A DNA stretch of 64,000 bases. Origin: an uncultured Planctomycetaceae bacterium (GTDB lineage Bacteria; Planctomycetota; Planctomycetia; Planctomycetales; Planctomycetaceae). The stretch covers positions 544,001 to 608,000 of the forward strand of contig CAWFAK010000007.1 in assembly GCA_963813715.1 (NCBI GenBank), in the 5' to 3' direction. The notes below the pieces were generated by a model. The model searched no databases. It had not been told where the DNA came from and saw nothing but the letters and a program-made list of their open reading frames with translations. The translations under genes were made by a program, and so were the position numbers. Of the stretch, positions 10,591 through 22,098 are shown piece by piece (the stretch's first letter is position 1; the number at the start of each line of letters is the position of its first letter).

Positions 10591-12102
10591 TCAAACGACG
10601 ACCGGCGCCTGTGTCAGCAACTCGCCAACGACGCGGGCGCCGGTGACGGCCGGGTCGGTGAGGGCTTCGTCGCGGCCTTGGTGGGGATAGGTGAGGCGAT
10701 TGTGGTCGATGCCCAGTTGGTGCATCAGCGTCGCCAAGAGGCTCGGGCAGGTGACGATCTTTTCGACCGCCTTGTAGCCGAACTCGTCGGTGGCGCCGTG
10801 CACGTAGCCGGAGCGAAAACCGCCGCCGGCCAAGAGCAGGCTGAAGGCGTAGCGGTTGTGATCGCGGCCCGTGCCGCCTTGCGTGATCGGCAGCCGTCCG
10901 AATTCGCCCGCCCACCAGACGATCGTGCTCTCCAAGAGGCCCCGCTGTTTGAGGTCGGCGATGAGCGCGGCCGTCGGCTGGTCGACCTGCGGGCAGACTT
11001 TTCGCAATCCCGAGGCGAGCTCGTTGTGGTGGTCCCAGGGCATCGTGCCGGAGGCGATCGGCGCGGTCACTTGCACGAAACGGACGCCCTCCTCGACCAG
11101 TCGCCGCGCCATCAGGCACCGCGTGCCGAAGTTCGCGGTCGCCGGCTTGTCGAGCCCGTAGAGTTTCCGCGTGGCCGGCGTTTCCTGCGACAAGTCGAGC
11201 AGCCCCTCGGCATGCAGCTGCATGCGGGCCGCCAGCTCGTAGCTCTTGATGCGGGCCTCGAGATCGCCGTCGCGGGGGTAAAGCTCGCGACGATCTTCGT
11301 TGAGCTGCGTCAGCAGCGCCAGATCGTTGCGTTCGACTTCCGGCGGCATTTGTCGCGACGCGTGCAGATCGAGCACCGCGGCGCCGCGAGTTTGAATTTC
11401 GGTCCCGCGAAACAGCGCCGGCAGCCAGCCGTTTTCCCACAGCGTCGTGCCGCCGTTGTTGTAGCCGTCAGGATCGCGGAGCACGACGTAGGCGGGCAAG
11501 TCCTGGTTGAGCGTGCCCAGAGCGTAGCTCACCCACGCGCCGAACGTCGGCCGGCCGGGAAAAATTTTGCCCGTGGTGAGACAACGCAGGCCCTGTGGAT
11601 GATTGTTGTTGTCGCAGACCATCGACCGCACGAGGCACAGATCGTCGGCAACCGAGCCGATGTGCGGCAACAGCTCGCTCAGCTCCATCCCGCATTGGCC
11701 GTGGCGGTGGAACTTGAACGGAGAGCCCATCAGCAGATTGGCCTGGCTGCCGGGCTGAAAGCTTTCGACTTTTTGCGGATGCTTCTGGCCGCTACGTTTG
11801 TTGAGCTCGGGCTTCGGGTCGAAGAGATCGACCTGGCTCGGTCCCCCATTTTGCATCAGCAGGATGACGGACTTGGCCCGGCCGGGGAAATGCCCGGTGC
11901 GCGGTGTGAGATCGCTGCCGCCCAGCGCGTCGTTCTCGTCGGCGGCGGCCAGTTCCCGCGCGAGCAGATGCGACAGGGCCAGCGAACCGAAGCCCATCGC
12001 GGTGCGTTCGAGGAACGCCCGCCGCGAAAGCCCTGGTCCCAGCCAGGTCGGTTCTCGTTTCACCGCACCACTCGCACTGAAGTCACGGGCACAAAAGGTC
12101 AT
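10591..12102 (-). CDS. DUF1501 family protein (Tat-like signal)
   Basis: SRRAFL, GGPSQVDLFDPKP, CLMARRLVEEGVRFVQ, GEFGRLP, GRDHN; ATGA overlap with the upstream gene. Confidence 0.92.
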   Translation of the reverse strand: MTFCARDFSASGAVKREPTWLGPGLSRRAFLERTAMGFGSLALSHLLARELAAADENDALGGSDLTPRTGHFPGRAKSVILLMQNGGPSQVDLFDPKPELNKRSGQKHPQKVESFQPGSQANLLMGSPFKFHRHGQCGMELSELLPHIGSVADDLCLVRSMVCDNNNHPQGLRCLTTGKIFPGRPTFGAWVSYALGTLNQDLPAYVVLRDPDGYNNGGTTLWENGWLPALFRGTEIQTRGAAVLDLHASRQMPPEVERNDLALLTQLNEDRRELYPRDGDLEARIKSYELAARMQLHAEGLLDLSQETPATRKLYGLDKPATANFGTRCLMARRLVEEGVRFVQVTAPIASGTMPWDHHNELASGLRKVCPQVDQPTAALIADLKQRGLLESTIVWWAGEFGRLPITQGGTGRDHNRYAFSLLLAGGGFRSGYVHGATDEFGYKAVEKIVTCPSLLATLMHQLGIDHNRLTYPHQGRDEALTDPAVTGARVVGELLTQAPVVV

Positions 12103-14307
12103 TCGGAATAAAGGAACTCGCTGGTATTGAGCAGCGTGCGGCACAATTGGGCGAGGGCCTTCTGACCGGCCCGAGTCGCGGTCGCACCGGCCCGCTGAAA
12201 CGCCGCATTCTGCCGGGATAAAAACTCGGAGCACTGCCGCACTTCTCGTTGGGTCGGCTGGCGCGACAGGGCCAGTCCAAACGCCGTCTCGACCGCTCGA
12301 TCCGGCGTTTCCGACGCGGCCGCTGCCCGTCCGGCCAGGTGCTCCGCCTCGTCGGCAATGAATTCGTCGTTGAGCATCGTCAGCGATTGCAGCGGGATCA
12401 CCGACGCGTCGCGCTTCGGGCAATTGACGGCGAACGCCGGCCGATCGAAGACGCTCAAGAGCGACAGGTTGTATGCCCGCCGCGAGAGCAAGTAGACGCT
12501 CCGGCGATTGGCGTCGCCAGGCCGCCGCAGTTTCGACGCATCGACGGTGACCAGGCCGTCCGGGCGGGCGATCAAGAGAATGGGCCGTCCGCCCATCGTT
12601 GAATCGAGCCGGCCGCCGACGGCCAACACGCAGTCGCGAATGGACTCGGCCTCGAGCCGTTTGGTGCGCATCCGCCACAACAGCCGATTCTCGGGGTCGA
12701 CGGTGGCCGGGTTCCGCGCGGTCGTGTTGCTGTCTGCGATCTGCGACGTTCGCCGCACCGACTGCGAGGTCTGCTGGTAGGCCGCGCTCAGCATCAGGGC
12801 CCGAATGAGGGGCTTGGTTTGCCAGCCGGCCGGTCCCTGAAATTCGGCCGAGAGCCATTCCAGCAGTTCCGGATGCGTGGGCGTTTCACCCTGGACGCCG
12901 AAATTCTCCGGCGTTCGCACCAGTCCTTCGCCGAACAGGTGTTGCCAGACGCGATTGACGTAGACCCGCGTGACGAGCGCGGCCGCCCGCGAATCGTGCC
13001 GCGTGATCCACCGCGCGAAGGCCAACCGCCGCCCGCTATCGGGACCAGCCGACGCCTGCTCGTGCACGACCGCCTCGTCGCGCGAATCGCAGAGCACGCT
13101 CAAATAGCCCGGCTGGACGACCGCTCCGGGCGTCTCGAACTGGCCCCGCTTAAGTAGGTGCGTGACCGGCGCGGGGCCGACGTCGTAGATCGCCTGAATA
13201 CGGTCGACGCGGCGCCGCTGGGCGCTCTGCGCAGCCACCAGCCGATTCAACTTCGCTTTGACTTGCGGGTTGCAGCCCGGCGTGCCCATGCGGCTTCGCA
13301 TGCGGGCCACGTCGCGATCGACGTCGGCATTGAAGCGATCGATCTCGGCCAGCTCGGTTGCCGACGCGTCGGGCAGCGCGGTCCCGGATTTCGGGCTTCC
13401 ACGGAAAGACGGGCTTCCAGTGCTCCGGGTTGTAGGCCGGCGTGAAGAGGGCCATCAGCCGGTAATAGTCCCGCTGCGGAATCGGATCGAACTTGTGCGA
13501 GTGGCAGCGGGCACAGTTGACGGTGAGCGCGAACAGGCTGTTGCCCACCACCTCCACCGTGTCGTGAAGCACGCCGTAATAGTTGAGCGGAATGTTGCTC
13601 TCGGGCTCGTGAGTTTGATCGCGGGCCGTCCGCAGATAGCCGGTGGCGATCAGGTCTTCGCGAATCTCTTCGGTGAACCGGGGAGCGTGCCGCCAGTCGA
13701 CCAGCTCGTCGCCGGCCAACTGCTCGAGCAGAAAGCGATCGAAGGGTTTGTCGGCGTTGAACGCATGAATCACGTAGTCGCGATACTTCCACTTCCCTTC
13801 GCTGACAAAGATGCCGTTGGCATCGCTGTCGAAGCCGACGGTGTCCGCATAGCCGACGACGTCGAGCCAGTGCCGACCCCAACGCTCCCCGAAGCGGGGC
13901 GACGCCAGCAGCCGGTCGACCTGGCGGGCGAAGGCGTTGGGTGAGCGATCGGCCAGAAACGCGGCCAGCTCCGCCGGATTGGGGGGCAAGCCGTGAAGGT
14001 CCAGAAAGGCTCGCCGGAGCAGGGTCGAGCGGTCGGCCGGCGGCGAGAAGCCGAGACCTTCGGATTCGAGCTGGGTGAGCAGAAAGGCGTCGATGGCGGT
14101 TTGGGACCGGTCCGCCTGTTTCAGCACAGGAACGACCGGCCGCCGCAGCTTTTGAAACGCCCAATGTTCCTTGTCGCGGGCGGTGACTTCCGCAGAATCG
14201 CCGTCTTCCCCGAACGCGGCGCGCGGCACCAGTGCGCAGAACGCAACCGCTAATAAAGCGGAGACGAATACGACGCCGAACGTGAGGCGAACGAGTGCCG
14301 AGGGCAT
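12099..14307 (-). CDS. DUF1549/DUF1553 protein; frameshift near 13380
   Basis: HWAFQ, FGERWGRHWLDVVGYAD, CARCHSHKFDPI, VNRVWQHLFGEG, PTHPELLEWL, terminal EFLY. Confidence 0.92.
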
Positions 14308-14491
14308 CGTGCGGGTCTCAGGCGGGCCGAGCGGGCGGGGAACGAGGCGGGGAAGGTCAGCGATGCGTCCCCGATTCTAACGCGCCGACTCGCGTGCGGC
14401 GACTGTCTCTGCGCCGACCCAGGGCGGAGTCACCGAGACGGTGCCCACAGACGGGACCGTCGGCCTCCCCGAAATTCGTGAAAATCAATCA

Positions 14492-14522
14492 TTGACTCTC
14501 CCGTCAGGGGAGGTCTTACGAT
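14492..14522 (+). promoter_or_regulatory. MerR-type sigma70 promoter with 19-bp spacer and dyad operator
   Basis: TTGACT (14492-97), 19 bp, TACGAT (14517-22); imperfect dyad ACTCTCCC-GTCA-GGGGAGGT. Confidence 0.85.
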
Positions 14523-14555
14523 GACTCGCACCTCGATTTCGGGAGCCCACGCGGC

Positions 14556-15359
14556 ATGTTCAGCATCGGCGAATTCTCGAAGCTCAGCGGCTTGACCGTG
14601 AAGACGCTGCGCTTCTACCACGAAGAGGGATTGCTGGTCCCGGCCTATGTCGATCCCGACACGGGGTACCGCTACTACCAGGAAGGGCAGATCGAGACCG
14701 CTCGCGTCATCGCCTACCTGCGCAATTTGGAATTCACCATCAGCGACATCAAGGCGTTGCTTGCGCAGGAGAGCGAGAGCGACTTACTCGATTTGCTCGA
14801 GCGGCAACGGTCGCAAATCAAGGAACAGATCAAACGCCTGCGCCAGACGGTGCGCTCGCTCGATCAATTCATCTCCGAAGAAAGGCAGGGTCAAACGATG
14901 GCCGAGCTGTTGGAAAACGTCACCGAGAAACAGTTGGACGCCGTGCTCATTGCCGGAATCCGCATGAAGGGCCGCTACAGCGATTGCGGCAAGGGTTTTG
15001 CCCAGCTAGGCCGGAGCTTCGGACGCTTGATCTGCGGCAAGCCCCTGCTCTTGCATTACGACAGCGAGTATCGGGAAGACGACGCCGACTTCGAGGCCTG
15101 TCTGCCGATCCGCCAAAGCAAATCGGTCGAAGGAACCTCCGTGCGCGAGCTTCCCGGCGCGCGTTGCGTCACCCTCGTCCACAAGGGCCCCTACGACCAA
15201 ATGGGCCGTTCTTACGCCAAGGTCCTCAAATGGATCAAGGAGCGAAACTACAAAGTGGTGCTGCCGACGCGCGAGGTCTATCTCAAAGGACCGGGAATGA
15301 TCTTCCGGGGCAATCCGAAGAACTATGTGACCGAGATTCAGATTCCGGTGGACGGCTAA
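14556..15359 (+). CDS. MerR-family regulator with GyrI-like effector domain (BmrR-like)
   Basis: SIGEFSKLSGLTVKTLRFYHEEGLL..GYRYY; C-terminal HKGPYD...REVYL...TEIQIP. Confidence 0.93.
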   Translation: MFSIGEFSKLSGLTVKTLRFYHEEGLLVPAYVDPDTGYRYYQEGQIETARVIAYLRNLEFTISDIKALLAQESESDLLDLLERQRSQIKEQIKRLRQTVRSLDQFISEERQGQTMAELLENVTEKQLDAVLIAGIRMKGRYSDCGKGFAQLGRSFGRLICGKPLLLHYDSEYREDDADFEACLPIRQSKSVEGTSVRELPGARCVTLVHKGPYDQMGRSYAKVLKWIKERNYKVVLPTREVYLKGPGMIFRGNPKNYVTEIQIPVDG

Positions 15360-15413
15360 AGCCAGAGCACGCCCGGACGGAAAGATCTCGGGCGGTTTAC
15401 ACCGCCCGCTCGG

Positions 15414-18400
15414 CTAGTTCTCGTCGGCGGGCGGAGCGAAGCCGCGGCGGAAGGTGTTCTCGGTGATGTTGATCGGGATCACGAACTGCAGCAGGTAATC
15501 GGGGCCGCCCGCTTTGGTGCCGATGCCAGAGAGTTTGAAGCCGCCGAAGGGTTGGCGTTCGACGAGAGCGCCGGTGATGCCGCGGTTGAGATAGACGTTG
15601 CCGGCTTGCAGTTCGTGGCGGGCCCGCTTGAGGTTGGCGGGGCTGCGGCTGAACATTCCGCCTGTCAGGGCATACGCCGAATCATTCGCCACGTCGAGGG
15701 CTTCGTCCAGGTCCTTGACCTTGATGACGGCCAGCACCGGGCCGAAGATTTCCTCGCGCGCGAGCCGGGATGCTGGGTCGACGTCGCCGAACACGTGTGG
15801 GCCGATGTAATAGCCGTCGTTGGCCGGCGTCTTGACCGCTCCGGCCGCCAGCAGTGGGAACGTCTCCTTGGCGAGCTTGATGGATTCGTTGATCCGCTTG
15901 AACGCTTCTTCGTCGATCACGGGGCCGATCGAGGAGTCGGGCAGCTCGGCCGGGCCCACTTTGAGCGACGTCGTGGCTTGGGCGAGCTTTTCCACAAAGG
16001 CGTCGTACACCGACTCGAGGACGATGCACCGCGAGCACGCCGAGCACTTTTGGCCCGCGTAGCCGAACGCGCTATACGTCACGCCAAGGACGGCTTCGTC
16101 GAGGTCGGCGTCGTCGTCGATGATGATCGCGTTCTTGCCCCCCATTTCGGCGATGACGTGCTTCACGAATTCCTGGCGGTCGTCCGGTTTCGACGCTTCG
16201 TGGTTGATCGCCAGACCCACCGAGCGCGAGCCGGTGAAGGCGATCAGATTGACGTCGGGACTGCCGATCAGCTCCGGCCCGACCTCTTCGCCCACGCCGG
16301 GCAGGAAATTGACGACGCCGTCGGGAATGCCGACGTTTTGCAGAATCTCCATCAACTTGTAGCCGACGACCGAGGATTGCTCGGCCGGCTTGATGATCAC
16401 CGTGTTGCCGGTCACCAGGGCGGCCGCCGTCATGCCGGTGAGGATGGCCAGTGGAAAGTTCCAGGGGGCGATCACGGCGGCCACGCCCCGCGGGCGGTAC
16501 GAATAGTCGTTCTCTTCTCCGGGCAGGTCGTGGCGACGGCCCGACATCAGGCGGCGGGCCTGATCGGCGTAGTACATGCAGAAGTCGATCGCCTCGGCGA
16601 CGTCGGCATCGGCCTCGATCCACGGCTTGCCGCACTCGTGCACTTCCCAGGCGGCCAGCTCGAACCGCTGGTTGCGCATGGTGGCGGCGACCAGCTCGAG
16701 ATATTCGGCCCGGTGGTCGACTTCGGTCCGCGACCACTGCTTGAACGCCCGGCGAGCCGCGTCGATGGCCAGCGAAGCCTCTTCGGCCGTCGCCGACGAA
16801 ATGATGCCGACCACCTGCGACTTGTGCGACGGGTTGATCGACTTCATCTTGCCCATCGTTTCGATCGCCCGCCCGTTGATCACGAGCGGATAGTCCTTGC
16901 CGAACTCCTCGGCCGTGTCCTTCACCGCGCGTTCCATCGCGGCTCGCGCGTCGGCCCGGCTGAAATCGGTGGGGGGCTCGTTGTTGAACGTGCGGGCGGG
17001 CTCGGCCGGAACGGCGGCCGGCGCTCGGCTGGAGGCAGCGGGCCGCGGCCACTTCGGTCGGTTTCATCAACAGCTCCTCGATCGAAACCTGTTCGGTGAA
17101 GCTTTGTCGCAGGAAGGAATCATTGGACGTGTTTTCCAACAGCCGGCGGACCAGGTAGGCCATGCCGGGGATCAGCTCGCCGAACGGCGTGTAAATCCGC
17201 ACGCGCTGGCCGCGGTCGGCCAAGAGCTGCGCCTGGTCGCCCCCCATGCCGTAGAGCATCTGCAGCTCGTAGGCTCCCTCGGGCACGCGGAGGTGCTTCG
17301 CGCAGGCGATGCCGTAGGAGAGGCTCCGCAGGTTGTGGCTGCCGAGGGCGGGTCGCAGCCAGCGATAGTTCTCCATCAGGAACCGCGTGAGCCGCTCGAA
17401 ATTGGCGTCGGACTCCCATTTCTGCTGGTAGACGGGAATGGGCCAGCCGTGCGCCTGGGCCATGATCGTTTCGTAGTCCCAGTAGGCCCCCTTCACCAGC
17501 CGCACCCAGATCGGCGTGCCGCGCTTTTCCGCCCATTGCAAGAGGGCTTCGGTGTCGCGCTGCGCCTCGGGCAGGTACGCCTGCACGACGATGCCGACGT
17601 CGGGAAAGTCGCGGAACTCGTCCTCCATCAGAATCTCTTTGAAGATCTGGAAGGTGAGGTCTTTGTAGGCGTACTGCTCCATGTCGACGTGGATGTAGGT
17701 GTCGTGCTCGCGGGCGGCCCGCAGCAAGGGACGCAGCCGCTGCTTGACGTGCTCGGCCGTGCCCGCCACGTCGATGGGGCGAAACTGGCTGTAGAGGGCC
17801 GACAATTTGAGCGACAGATTGACCCGCGGAATGCTGCCTTCGTGATCGCGATCGAGCCGCGGCACTTCCGACCAGGACTGCACCTCGGTCGCCATCCCCT
17901 CGATCAGGTTGAGGTAGCTTTGCTGATACGCGTCGGCGTCGCGCTCGCTGGTCGTGGCTTCGCCGAGCAGGTCGAGCGTGAAGGCAAACCCCTGCTTGCG
18001 GAGCTTGGTGACCGCGGCCAGCACTTCCTCGACCTTCGCACCGGCGATGAACCGCTGCGACATGCGGAGCGAGTTCGACCGGGCGTTGAGGGCCAGCGCC
18101 TTGCCCAGGACCGAGTTCGGCTGCGAAATCTCCAGCCCCAGCCGGACGGCCAGCGGCAGGTGCGAGCGAACTTCGTCAAAGTATTCCTGCAGATGGCGGG
18201 TGACGGCCTGGTGCGAGTGCAGCATGGGCAAGACGTCCACGAAGCGGAACATCTGCACCTTGACCGACTCGTCGGCCATGGCCCACGACAGGATGCGATC
18301 GTCCCACCAGCGGCGCTCGAAGATCGACGGGCTCCGCCGTTCCAGACGGGCGAACAGCTCCCGGCCAATCTCTTGCGTCTCGGCCTCGATGGCCGCGTTG

Positions 18401-18513
18401 AGGTCGGCGGATTTGGACCAACTCGCTCCCCCTCGCCCCTTGCCGCGCTTCTCAGAGATAATCCTTGCGTGCTTGATTTCGAATTCACCGAGTGTCCCTG
18501 CCTCGGCTGCCAT
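15414..18513 (-). CDS. putA: Bifunctional proline dehydrogenase / P5C dehydrogenase; frameshift near 17000-17050; 5' end altered by an insertion
   Basis: FRFVDVLP, DLLGEA, VRLVKGAYWD, YLVRRLLENTSN, then aldehyde dehydrogenase motifs PWNFPLAI, FTGS, EMGGKN, AGQKCSA, EEIFGP. Confidence 0.95.
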
Positions 18514-19408
18514 TTTAGCCTCTCGACCTGAGCCGCTGTTAAGTTCAAGATTTTGACAATGACGCTTCCTTGACGAAATTCGGCGCCGGGCGGCTGCTCC
18601 AGTTCGAGGATGTCTTGAATTATTCGGAGGAACCGCGCTCTTTGTCTGCGTCAAAAGTGCGGAAATCATAGGGCAGCTTCATCTCGAAGGACATGGACCC
18701 CGTGGCGATCCTTACAGAAGAAGCCGCGTTTCGCGCAGTTCTCTTCAGGATGAGTATTGAGCTCGGGGGGCTGCAGACGCGACGCCCTTTTTTCGTCATT
18801 TAATTCTTCAATAAACGTGCGCACCCGGACAAACAACACATCGTTAATAGACCGCGGCTTGCAAGCATCAATATGATTTGCATCCAAAGCGATTGGTACT
18901 ACGCCTGGAAGCCCGGGATCGGCACTCGACTCGTCGACGACCATTACCAAGTTAGTCGCGAGTTTTTCGTAATAGACTTGAACACGGATACCCAATTCCT
19001 CCACAGCCTGCCTGAACCACAGGTTCAGATTTATTAACCTGGCATCATTCTTTTGTAGGTCATCAATAATTTTATTTTTGCGCAGGACGGACCGTAGGTA
19101 GTCGACCCAATTCGCAATGCTCGACCCGGAGTGGGGGGTAGCTATGAACACGATACCGCACGTCGACCTTAAGATGTCACGCCAGCCCGATTCTCCGAAG
19201 TCCTTCGCATTGCGTAGCATCTGTTTGACAAGCAATCCACCAGAGACTGTGCACGATAAACACGATTGGTCGCTTGCCCAAGCCCTTAAGAGCCAGTTCA
19301 ACCAGGGCGTTAGTTGCGGTTCGGCCAAGGGAGACCGCTTCGGCCGGCTGGAGCGGTGCGCGGCGCGTCCTTCTGGGCGGCCTTGGCCCGGCTCGTTCCC
19401 CCTCGCCC
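18427..19408. mobile_element. Putative degenerate integrative element remnant (about 970 bp) in the putA 5' end
   Basis: Visibly lower GC at about 18450-19320; identical 12-bp TCCCCCTCGCCC at 18427-18438 and 19397-19408 within a longer imperfect direct repeat; no recombinase gene present. Confidence 0.55.
18666..19331 (-). pseudogene. 5'-truncated SERAC1/lipase-like alpha/beta hydrolase
   Basis: After correcting two compensating indels: PLAE(R)ATNAL..GLGKRPIVFIVHSLGGLLVKQ..GIVFIATPHSGS..VVDESSADPG..DANHIDACKP; N-terminal HG-containing part is absent. Confidence 0.75.
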
Positions 19409-19586
19409 TTTTTTCGACGTCGACATCCGGCAATCCTTGCGCTCACAAGCACGGGCGGACAAATCGCCCGCGGCACCCAGTGCGGTCCGGATGAATTATT
19501 GCGAAGCGGGCAAGCATTGCGAAGCGTTCGCCAAAAACCGTTGGCGACCGACGCCTGAGCCCCGGCGTTCGTGCATCGACGCACGC

Positions 19587-20836
19587 TTATGTGGTGTAGT
19601 CGGCGTTCAAACGCACGTATTCGGCCGTCAGATCGCTGGTCCAGAAGCGGATGGCTTCGCGACCGAGCGTCAGGTCCAGCTCGATCAGGACGTCCCGATT
19701 CGCGCGGAGGCCCTGCGAGAGGCTTTTGGCGTCGAAATCGGTCGGGGCGCCGGCGCGGTAGAGCGGCACGCCGTTGACCTTAAGGCTCAGATCCTCTTCG
19801 CGAAATGGGACGCCCGCGTAGCCGGCGGCCGAGATGATGCGGCCCCAGTTCGGGTCGCCGCCCGCAATGGCCGTTTTGACCAGCGGCGAATCGGCGATTG
19901 CGCGGGCAATCCGTACGGCATCCTCCCGAGTTTTTGTGCCGCGGACGTCGAGCGTGATGAAATGGTCGGCCCCCTCGGCGTCGCGAATGATGGCCTGGGC
20001 TAACTCGGCAGCCACGTCATCGACCATTTCCTGGAGCACGGCCAGTTCACGCTCGCCCAGCGGTGCGCGCTGTCGGTCGCCCGACGCCAGCAATAGCACC
20101 GAGTCGCTCGTGCTCATGTGGCCGTCGACGCTGATCGAATTGAAGCTGCGCTCGACGGCGTGCCGCAACATCGGGTCGGCCTGACGCGGGTCGAGGGCGC
20201 GTCGGTCATCAACACTGCCAGCATGGTCGCCATATTGGGGGCAATCATCGCCGCCCCTTTCGCCACGCCGCTGACGCGCACTTCAGCCCCGCCCACTTGG
20301 CGACAGGCCGTGGCCAGCTTGGGAAAGGTGTCGGTTGTCATGATCGCGGTTGCCGCGGCGCGAAATCCCTCGGCCGTGGACGTGAGTCGGCCGGCAACGT
20401 TGGGAATTCCCGCCGCCAGCTTTTCGCGGGGCAGAAACCGCCCAATCACGCCGGTCGAGCAGACGAGCACATCTTCGGCCGGGCAACCGAGTTGGCCGGC
20501 GACTTCGGCCGTCATCCAGCGGGCATCGTCATCGCCGCGTTCCCCCGTGCAGGCGTTGGCGTTCCCCGAGTTGATGATCACGGCGCGAGCCGTGCCTCGC
20601 GGCACGCGCAACCGCGAAATTTTCACCGGAGCGCCGCAAACCAGGTTCGTCGTAAACACGCCGACTGCGGTCGAGGGTCGATCGGCCGCGAAAAGCGCGA
20701 GATCAAGCTTCGAGGAATCCGACTTGATGCCGCAGGCCACCCCGGCCGCGCGGAAGCCGGCAGGCAGCGGAATCGACTTCGCGGCCTGTTCGGTCGCCGA
20801 GAGAGTGTTGGTCGTCAAGACGGCGGGGCTCCTCAT
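19587..20836 (-). CDS. argJ: Bifunctional ornithine acetyltransferase / N-acetylglutamate synthase; frameshift near 20195
   Basis: [63 protein letters not shown]. Confidence 0.96.
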
Positions 20837-20868
20837 TAAGGTCCGGAAGGCCGTAGCGAGTGGCAAAC

Positions 20869-21883
20869 TTAGCGGGGCAGTCCCATCGTTTCGGGAAAGC
20901 CGTTCATCAGATTGAAATTCTGCACCGCCACGCCCGAGGCTCCCTTGAGCAGGTTGTCGAGCGTGGAGATCACGATCAGCCGGCCGTGCGTCACGCGGGC
21001 CGTCATGTGGCAGTAGTTCGTGTGGGCGACATCCTTCGTCGACGGCAGATGATCGACGACGCGGACGAACGGCTTGCCGTGATAAAAACCGCGCATCGTC
21101 TCGAGCGCGTCGGCCTGCGACAGGCTCCGCAGCGGGCGGGCATACATCGTGCAGAGAATGCCGCGATCCATGGGGACCATGTGCGGCGTGAAGATCGTCT
21201 CGACGGTTTGCCCGCTGGCCTGGCTCGAGCACCTGGTCGATTTCGGGCTCGTGCCGATGATTGCCGACCGAGTAGGCCGAAAAACTCTCGTTGCACTCGC
21301 CATATAAAATGTGGAGCTTGGGCATGCGTCCCGCGCCCGTGATGCCGCTCTTGGCATCGATGATGATGTCCTTGGGCTCGATCAGCTTGTGGCACAAGAA
21401 CGGCGCCAGCCCCAGGATCGAGGTGCTCGTGTAGCAGCCCGGGTTGGCGATCAGGTCGGCCGAGGGGATCTTTTCCGCGAACAGCTCGGGCAGACCGTAG
21501 ACAGTTTTCGGCAGCCGACCAGCATCGGTGTGCGGATGGCCGTACCATTTCTCGTAAACGGCTGCGTCGCGAAAGCGGTAGTCGGCACTCAGATCGACCA
21601 GGCGACAGCGGTGAGCCAGAAAGTCAGGGACGACGCCCATCGCAGCGACGTGTGGCAGAGCCGTAAAAACGAAAGACGCCCGCGCGGCAACTTCCGCGGG
21701 CGTCAGATTCTCGCAAGGAAGCGAAAGCCGGCCGGCCAGCGACGGATGAACCGCCTCAATCGACGGCGACCCCTCCTGCCGCGTGGTCAAGGCGGTAATT
21801 TCCACCTCGGGGTGATTCAGCAGGAGCTTGATCAGCTCCAGAGCCGTATAGCCGCTGGCCCCAACGATTGCGACCTTCACCAT
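20869..21883 (-). CDS. argC: N-acetyl-gamma-glutamyl-phosphate reductase; frameshift near 21225
   Basis: [52 protein letters not shown]. Confidence 0.96.
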
Positions 21884-22098
21884 GCGACATCTAACTTTCT
21901 GAGGCGAGCGGCTAGTGTCAATTGGCCGGTTCAAATCCGCGGAGCGCAACGCGGCTCACACGATGCGGCTACATTGTACGATTCGTCTCCATGACGACAA
22001 AGAGCCGCGAGACAAGGTTCGCAGCCGGTACGCGTGGCCGGTCCTGGGAAAGGGTCGACGCCTCAATTAGAGTTGTGATCGGGCGAAAAGAGCGCGAA

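Noticed and set aside
10591..12858. 755-aa DUF1501 ORF with a long N-terminal extension
   Set aside because: The extension is an alternative frame of the upstream DUF1553 gene; the true start is at the ATGA overlap at 12102.
20114..21949. Apparent ArgC-ArgJ fusion (611 aa ORF)
   Set aside because: It is created by the indel near 21225. ArgC ends at 20869 in another frame and argJ has its own AGGAG and start codon.
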